NCBI RefSeq assembly: GCF_009914755.1
Contig: NC_060933.1
Length of the DNA: 64,000 nucleotides
Strand: one strand, 5' to 3'
Origin: the human T2T-CHM13v2.0 reference genome, Homo sapiens
Shown here: positions 54,844-64,000 of the stretch, one piece after another
Numbering within the stretch: the stretch's first letter is position 1
Layout of the letters: every line of letters begins with the position of its first letter
Notes under the pieces: generated by a model
Told to the model about the DNA's origin: nothing
The model's input: only the letters and a program-made list of their open reading frames with translations
Databases searched by the model: none
Made by a program: the position numbers and the translations under genes

Positions 54844-57800
54844 ATCTATGTATATATAATATATATACACACATACACACATATGCACATCTATATATAT
54901 GTGATTTTACATCAACTTCATAGAGACATAAATATAAAATTTACATGTAATAAAAGTGTCTATTTTAAAAGTACATTCTGAAGAGTCTGATTAAATTTTA
55001 CCCTGTAAGACCACCCTGCCAAGCCAATAAGATGCTTTAATTACAGCCAAAATATTCCTTCATTCCTTTTCAGTCAACTTGTCCCATGATTAACTCCAGG
55101 TAAACTGTGCTATTATTTCTATCACAATTAATTTTGACATTTTCATAATTCTATAAAAATGGAATAATAGAGAATGTACACTTTTATGCCTGGCATATTT
55201 GGATGACAAATTCATGTTGTTGTAATTTTGGGTAATTTGTTTTATAGGTTAGTTGTGTATCATTGCATGAATATACTATAATTTGATTATACATTCATGA
55301 GTGATAGACACTGTGTTATTTCCACTTTGTGGCTATTTTGAATAAAGTGGCTATAAATATTTTGCAATTTTTGTGTGTGGACATATATTTATATTTGTTG
55401 TGGGTAAATACCTAGGTCTGCAATGGTTGAGTCATATGGTAAATATGAGAAATTAGTGAAATGTTATTCATAGTATCATTTTTAATCATATTAACTTTAT
55501 ATAACATGTCTAAACGTTGCACATCATAATCAACACTTGGAATTGACAGACTTTTAAACTTTAGTTGTTCTAGGGATGTGATGGTACTTTGCTGTAATTT
55601 TAAAATTAATTTCCCTAATAATGAATGACAAAAAATTGTTCATGTGCTTATCCATCATTATATTATTTTCTTTTGTAAAGTTTATGACTATATCATTTTC
55701 CCACATATGTGAGGTTGTTTATTCTTATTACTGAGTGGTAAAAATGTTTCTATTACCTTCTCCATAAAATTCCATTGTCAAATATATATAATTACAATAT
55801 TTCCCCAAGTATCTAGGTTTTAAAAAAAATTAGAAAAATTTACTGTTAAACTTTTTTAATTTACTTTTTAAAAATACTGTTAATTTAAAAAAATTAACAG
55901 TATCTTTAGATGAAGTCCAATTTAATATTATTACTATTTACTATTAGTTCTTTACTACATTACTGTGTGTTCTAAGAAAGGTCTGCCTATATCAAAATTG
56001 CAAAGATTTTCTCTTTTATTATACCCTGTTTTTATGTGTGTTTATACCCATGAAATATCACCACAGCCAAAACAGTGAAATGCTCATTGTCCCCCAACAT
56101 TTCCTCATACTGTATTCTATTCTCTTGCTTCTGCCCCTCTGGAGGCCTACCTACTTGTCCAGAGACAACTAATGATCTACATGCTATCACTATGGATTAG
56201 TTTGCATTTTATTAAAATTGACAAAAATTGAATTAAGTGGTAAATATTTTTTGTCTGATTTATTTTACTCAGTGTAACCTTGAGATTCACTTATGTTGTT
56301 GTGTGTATCAATAGTATTTTTGATGAGTGTTTTACTCACTTATTTTATTGTTGGATAGTATCCCATTGTATAAATAAATCACATTTTGTTTATCCATTCA
56401 CCTTTTGATGAACATTCAGGTTGCCTGTTACAAATAAAGCTGCTGGAGACATGTGTAGTCAAGTCTTTGATGGACAAATGCTTTGTGTTCTTTTGGGTAA
56501 ACAATTAGGAGTAAAACACCTGGATCACATGGTTGGCATATGTCTAACATTTTTTAAGAAACTGCCAAACCATTTTCTAAGGCAGTTGCACCATTTTATG
56601 TGATATCCAACAGTATACAAGAATTTCACATTTTTACTACCACTGGTATGGCCAGTCTTTGTAAGGTGTAGTGCTATCACATTATGATTTTAATTTGTAA
56701 TTTCTTAACAACTTATGACATTAAGAATCTTTTCTTGTGTTTACTTCCTATCTATATCTCTTCTTTGATGTATCGTTTCAAGTCATTCACCTAAAGTTCT
56801 GTGATCTTCAGGTTTTCCAATCTGGCTGGCTGGGAGCAGGTGTTATGCTTGCTTCTGTGGCTGCAGGTAGTTTCCTTAGGTAAGAGCTCTGATAGCACTC
56901 TTCTAAATACTCCAGAGCAACTCTCTGCAAATTTTCAGAACTCCATTTCAATACAGCTGTTTCCTCTGTGCTAATGTGTCAAGTATTGCGTTCTACTTGA
57001 ACTCTTCCAGCTCTTCTCAGTTCTGAGTCCACTAGGCTCCACTTGTTTTCCCTCTTTTTGTGTCATGTCCTGGAAATTCCCAAGCCAATGAAATGTTTCA
57101 ACTCTAGGGCTCAACTACTTTATTTCCCATATCTTGGAAATTACTCTTTTTTTTTTTTTTTTTGCCTCATGTCTAAAAAAACACTGTTTCTAGTATTTTT
57201 GGTTCATTTGTTTGTTTTTGTTCTTTTAGTCAGGAGGGTAAATCCAGTACTTGTTACATTATCTTAAATCAAAAGAGAAGTTGCAATATAATTATTTATT
57301 TTTCTTACCTTTTTCCCAGGCTAGGAGCTCTAGTACAAAATTGAATTGAAGAAATAATAATGGAAAAGTTTGCATTATTCTAGTTTTAGGGAAAAAGTAA
57401 TTTTTTCTCACTAATTGTTTTAGTCTCAGTATTTTTGTAAATATTCTTTATTAATTTAAAATAATTTTTTTCTGTGTTTAATTTGCTCAGAGTTTTTCTC
57501 ACGAATGAACATTGATTTTTATCAAACCATATTCTGCATCTTTTGGGAAAATTATGTGATTTTCTATGTTCTATTAATATGGTAAATTATAGTAATCAAT
57601 TTCCAAATGTTAATCCAAACCTTGAGTTTCTAGGTAAACCATATTTTGTCATGCTGTAACATTGCTTTTATATATTGCTAAGTTTGGTTTGCTGGTATTT
57701 TGTTGAGTATTTTTGCATCTTTGCTTTGGGTGACATTGACTTATAGTTCTGTTTTTGTTTTTAGAATGTCCTGTGTGCTTTTGGTATGATCATTATGCTG

Positions 57801-58731
57801 GACTCACATGAGAGATGGAAAAGGTAATTTCTTCCTTCATTTGCTCAAAGAATGTATGTAAGAATAATATTTTTTCCTTAAATATTTGAGAGAGTTTACC
57901 CACAAAGTCATGAGGGTCATGTAATTTTTTAAGATAATTTTAAATTATGAAATTAAAATTTTCATTTTTGTGTGTGTGTCAACTTTGGTAACTTAGATAC
58001 CCTAACTTAGGGTATCTCCCCTAAGTAGTGTGTCCATTTCAGGTAAGTTGCCAGATTTTTTGGCATAACGTTATTCATAGTATTTCCTTATTTTACTTTT
58101 AAAATGTGTGGGAACTATTCTGATTTCTGTTGAATATTTGAAAATGTGTGTGTTTTCTGTTTTGTTCTTGATCAGTGTAATTAGCCTTTTTTTCTTGTTT
58201 TATCGAACTATTCGAAAAGCAGTTTACATTTTATTCATTTTTTTCATTTTTTATATCTCTGTGCTTAATTAATATTCACTTTTATGTCTTTTAATTTCTT
58301 GTATTCTATTTACTTTTGTATAAATTTGCTGGGTTTTTTCCTCTAGTTTCTTATATTGGATGCTTAGATAATTTGAAATATTTCTTCTTTTCTATGACTA
58401 GAATTTAAAGCTACAACTTTTATTCTAAGCTCTGCACTATCTGCACCTCAAAATTTTGTATGTTGTCTTTTTATTCCCATTCAGTTTAAAATATTTTTCA
58501 AATTCCTATGTGCTTTCTTTTTTGACCAAGAGTTATCTATAACTGTGTGTTTGATTGCCATCTCTGTAGGATTCTCTAGGTACATTTTTGTTATTGATTT
58601 CTCATTAATTCCATTGTTATCACCGAGCATGCTTTGAACAATTTCAGCCATTTAAAATATATTGAGATGTTTAATGAGTCAGCAAATGGTTTCTTTACTT
58701 AAGTGTTTCACATGGATATAAAGAAGTAATT

Positions 58732-60419
58732 GTTTAACTAAGCCTTATCTGTTTAACTTTGTTTTTGTGGCATTTGCTTCTGGGTTCTTGGTCATGAAGT
58801 CTTTGCCTAAGCCAATATCTAAAAGAGTTTTTCCGATGTTATCTTCTAGAAATTTTATGGCTTCAGGTCTTAGATTTAAGTCTTTCATTCATCTTGAATT
58901 GATTTCGGAATAAGGTGAGAGATGAAGATCCAGTTTCATTCTTCTACATGTGGCTTGCCAATTATCCCAGCACCGTTCGTTGAATAGGGTGTCCTTTCCC
59001 CCCTTCATGTTTTTGTTTGCTTTGCCAAAGATCAGTTGGCTGTACGTATTTGGCTTTGTTTCTGGGTTCTCTATTCTGTTCCATTGATCTATATGCCTAT
59101 TTTTATATCAGCACCATGCTGTTTCGGTGATGATGGCCTTTTAGGATAGTTTGAAATTGGGTAATATGATGTCTCCAGATTTGGTCTTTTTTACTTAGTC
59201 TTTCTTTGGCTATGCAGGCTGTTTTTTGGTTCCATATGAATTTTAGGATTGTATTTTCTAGTTCTGTGGAGAATGATTGTGGTATTTTGATGCGAATTGC
59301 ATTGAATTTGTAGATTGCCTTTGGCAATATAGTCATTTTCACAATACTGATTCTACCCATCCATGAGTATGGGATATGTTTCCATTTGTTTGTGTTGTCT
59401 ATGATTTCTTTTAGAAGTGTTTTGCAGCTTTCCTTGTAGAGGTCACCTCCTTGGTTAGGTATATTTATAAGTATTTTTTTTGGTAGCTACTGTAAAAGGG
59501 GTTGAGTTCTTGATTTGATTCTCAGCTTGGTCACTGTTGGTGTACAGTAGAGTCACTGATTTATGTACATTAATTTTCTATCCTGAAAGTTTGCTGAATT
59601 CATTTACCAGTTTTAGGAGCTTTTTAGGTGGGTCTTTAGGGTTTTCTAGGTATACAATCATATCACCAGCAAACAGCGAAAATTTGACTTCCTCTCTAGT
59701 GATTTGGATGCCCTTTATTTCTTTCTCTTGTCTGGTTGCTCTGGCTAGGACTTCCAGTGCTATGTTGAATAGAAATGGTGAATATATGGGACTTAATTAA
59801 ACAAAAAAGTTTCTGCACAGCAAAAGAAATAATCAGCAGAGTTAACAGACAACCCGCAGAGTGGGAGAAAATCTTCAAAACCTATACAGCTGACCAAGGA
59901 CTAATATTAAGAATCTACAAAGAACTCAAACAAATCAACGAGAAAAAAAAAATCCCTTAAAAAAGTAGGCTAAGGACATGAATAGACGATTCTCAAGAAC
60001 AGACATAGAAATGACCAACAAACATATGAACAAATGCTCAGTATCACTAATGATCAGGGAAATGCAAATGGAAAGCACAGGGTGATACCATCTTACTTTT
60101 AAAGGAATGGCCATAATAAAAAAAAATAATAATACAAAGACGTCGGTGTGGATGCGGTGAAAAGAGAACACTTTTACACTGCTGATGGGAATGTAAATTA
60201 GTACTATGGAAAACAGTGTGGAGATTCCTTAAGAACTAAAATAGAAAACGATCCAGCAATTCCACTACTGGGTATCTACCCAGAGAAAAATAAGTCATTA
60301 TACAAAAATGATACTTGCACATGCATGCTTACAGCAGCACAATTTGCAATTGCAAAAATATGAAACCAGCCCAAATGCCCATCAATCAACAATTGAATAA
60401 AGAAATTGTGATATCTATA

Positions 60420-60467
<48 letters not shown>

Positions 60468-60486
60468 ATCTATCTATCTATCTATC

Positions 60487-60532
<46 letters not shown>

Positions 60533-60890
60533 ATGGAAAACTACTCAGCCATAAAAAGGAACAAAATAATGACCTTCACAACAACCTGGATGAAATTGCA
60601 GACCATTATTTTGAGTTAAGTAACTCAGGAATGGAAAATCAAACGTTATATGTTCTCACTCATAAGTGAGCGGTAAGCTATGAGGATGCAAAGGCATGAG
60701 AACACTGTTGTAAACTTTGGGGACTCGGGGGAAAGTGTGAGAGGGAGGTGAGGGATAAAAGACTACACATTGGGTACAGTGTACACTGCTTGGGTGACTG
60801 GTGCACCAAAAGCTTAGAAATCACCGCTAAAGAACTTATTCATGTAACTGAACACCACCTGCTCCCTAAAAACCTATTGAAATAAATAAT
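58732..60890 (+). mobile_element. 5'-inverted L1PB: inverted ORF2 58732-59781, sense 59781-60890
   Basis: minus ORF 59103-59360 ([22 protein letters not shown]); plus ORF 59775 ([14 protein letters not shown]); L1PB-type 3' UTR gggataaaagactacacattgggtacagtgtacac. Confidence 0.93.
60412..60531. repeat. compound STR (TCTA)n-TCA-(TCTA)n-(CA)~20
   Basis: read directly from the sequence. Confidence 0.97.
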
Positions 60891-60915
60891 ATATTAAAAA
60901 ATGTGTATTCTGTAA

Positions 60916-61293
<378 letters not shown>

Positions 61294-62596
61294 TATGTTT
61301 AATGATTTCTAAACCTACTATTCACTCAATTGCTAAAGGTGTCTTAAAATCTGAGAATACAATTGTGCAATTGTTTATTTCTCCCTTTAGTTTTATCCAT
61401 TGTTGTTTGATGTTTATAGAAGATCCTTTGTTTGAGGTGTTCTTATATCATCTTTATAAATTGGCTTTTATAAGGTTATAAGACACCCTTCTTTATCTAT
61501 GATAATATTCCTTGATCTGCAATCCCTTTTGTCTGATATTAGTATATCCATCCCAGATTTTTTACAGTTAATGTTTGCATGATACATGTTTTGTATCATT
61601 TTACTTTTAAATTACCTGTGAATTTATAGTTTGTGTCTTCTTGTAGAATGCATGTAGTTGAATATTTATCATCATGTCTGATATTGTCTGCCTTTTAATT
61701 TGTGTTTTAATTCATTAACTTTTAATGTAATTATTGATACTATTGGGTTTAAGTTTACCATCTTGCCATTTTTCTCATTTTTCTATTTGTTCTTTCTTTC
61801 CTTCATTTTCTTACCTTCTATTACATTGTTTTCTTTAATTTTAACTTACTTTATTAGTTTATTTAATATAAATAAATACATAACTTGACATAAACTCTTT
61901 GTTTAATTATTTTCACTGGTTGCTGTAGGTTTATAATTGTGTGTATTTACATTATCACAATCTACTTTAAAAAATTTATACCAATTAATATATTAGAATC
62001 TTAAATTAGTATACTTCCATTTCTCCCTTTGTGTCCTTTGTGCTATTATCTTTATACATGAACTTGTGATGAATCCCACAATACCTTATTATTAGTCTAT
62101 GCTTTATGCAACTAATTATCTGTTTAAAGATGTCAAAAAGTAAAAAAGAAAATCATTTTATATTGAATAAGATATATATTATTTTGATGCCCTTCTGATG
62201 TTAAAAGATTTTCCCATCTTGCCTCCTTGTTGCTTACCTGGAAAAGAATATTCTTTTACTTTATTTTATATTGCAGTTCTATTGAGGGGAAAAAAAGAAC
62301 TCTCAGCTTTTGTTTATCTGCAAACATCTCCATTTAACCTTCAGTTTTGGAAAGCGATATTTTGAGCAATCTTCTTAAAGGCAATATTTGTAAGGTATAT
62401 TTTAAAAGGTATTCTTTTTCCTTCAACATTTAAAAAATATTGATTCATTACCTATGCCCTTGCATTGTCTCTAATTATACTTCTATTGTTACTTTTACAT
62501 TTTCCTCTTTATATAATATGTTCTTATTCTCTGTGATAGTTTAAGATTTTCTTTTTATTATTAATTTAGAAAATTGATTATTATATGTCTTTCTAG

Positions 62597-62600
<4 letters not shown>

Positions 62601-62630
<30 letters not shown>
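62601..62630. repeat. (TG)15 microsatellite
   Basis: read directly from the sequence. Confidence 0.95.
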
Positions 62631-62633
<3 letters not shown>

Positions 62634-64000
62634 CTTGCTCGTGTTATATTATGCCTCTTTGTTCTAGATATTATTTTTTAATCAAAGATGCACTATTTAA
62701 TATTTTGCTTTTTCAAATATTTTATGAAAACATCCTCCTTCTAGGATTTAAGTATAAAACTGCTTGAACTACACAAATATCTACCTCATAATAATGATAA
62801 AGTAGTAAACAATAGTATTTGTGATATAGATATAAATATTGGCCTCTTATGTCTTATTTTCTTATTTTCAAACTTTTTTTTTCTCTGAGCTTATGTTTGG
62901 ATTGACATATAGTCAATTTCATTGATCTTTTCTTCTTTGAACTGAAATATTCCATTAAACCTATCCTTTTACATTTTCATTTCAGATCTTATATTTTTCC
63001 ATTCTAGTATTCCCATCTAGTTTTTTTGAAAGTTTTAATTTTTTCAGCAATATTCCTCATCTCTTTGCTCATTAAATACATTTTTCCTTCAAATCCTTAA
63101 GCATCTCTATATTGGCTGTATAATAGCTATGTCCAAGTTCTTGACTCTAATTTCAACATCTCTAACATCTCGTGTTTTGTTCTTACTGAGTGTATTTTTC
63201 CTCATTTCGCCATTGTTTTCTACTTCTTCACATATCTACTTATTTTTTGACAAGAAGAACATAAAAATCCATCATCTTTGAGATTCTGGATTTTGTGGTT
63301 TTCGTTTAGAGAGTGCAAAATTTTCTTCTGGCAGGCAATTTGTTTCCTCATGTCTGAGCTTTAACCTCTGAAGATAGATTATAGTCATTTTTTTAGGTGG
63401 GTCTAGAGAAGTTCTTATTCCCGGGTTAAATTATTCTCCTTCCTCAATTGTGGCCCTTTTGGTGTATTACTTAAAAACCTAAAATATTAGATGAGATTCA
63501 TCCACTCTGGTTGATCAGAATGCCTGTTTTCTAACATTGTGTGACCTCTGAACCTCTGGTCATCTCAAAGCTTCCCGGTACTTGTTCTCTGATAGGTCTT
63601 GTAGAGTCTGACCCTCTGCATTCATGGTTTCGAATTTATGGTGCCCACTACACATTCTGGGACTTCTTCTCTATGCAGCTCCCTTTTTGGTGCTACCCCT
63701 TCCTACAAATTCCATCTACCTCAGCAGTCTTACACCCTGTTCATTCCATCTCACATCATTAGGTCTGTAACAATCTGCTTGTGCTTTACCTGTTGTACTA
63801 CAATCTAGAAATTTCCTTCCATACCAAAGTTGGGGCTATCATGAGGACCATTTTCTCATAAATCATAAGCTTGTCCATCATATTAAGCAACATATGAAAA
63901 CTCTCATTGCATTTATTTTCTTTAGCTTTGTAGTTGTTTTGGGCAAGAGGACAAGTTTAGTATCATTTACTCCATCAAGACCTAAAGCAGCCACGTGAGT

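Overview
Primate (catarrhine, probably hominoid: AluY and an L1PA2/L1HS-type tail are present) non-coding genomic DNA, intergenic or deep intronic, AT-rich and dominated by transposon relics: L1 of many ages, Alu/FLAM, MIR, L2, L3, MaLR and ERV1 solo LTRs, and hAT MITEs. I find no credible protein-coding gene, RNA gene or CRISPR array. The only ORFs I recognise are broken L1 ORF1/ORF2 pieces. I cannot support a new biological system here. The best leads are: (1) a near-consensus REST/NRSF RE1 site (53607-53627) inside a repeat-free, CpG-retaining, motif-dense block that looks like a conserved cis-regulatory element; (2) a near full-length L1MA whose apparent target-site duplication encloses a ~144-bp inverted copy of nearby flanking DNA, later split by an L1PA; (3) three twin-primed (5'-inverted) L1 insertions; (4) a ~100-bp very young L1 tail that may be lineage-specific or polymorphic; (5) possible lncRNA exons. 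Subfamily names come from recalled consensus sequences, and boundaries of old repeats are approximate.
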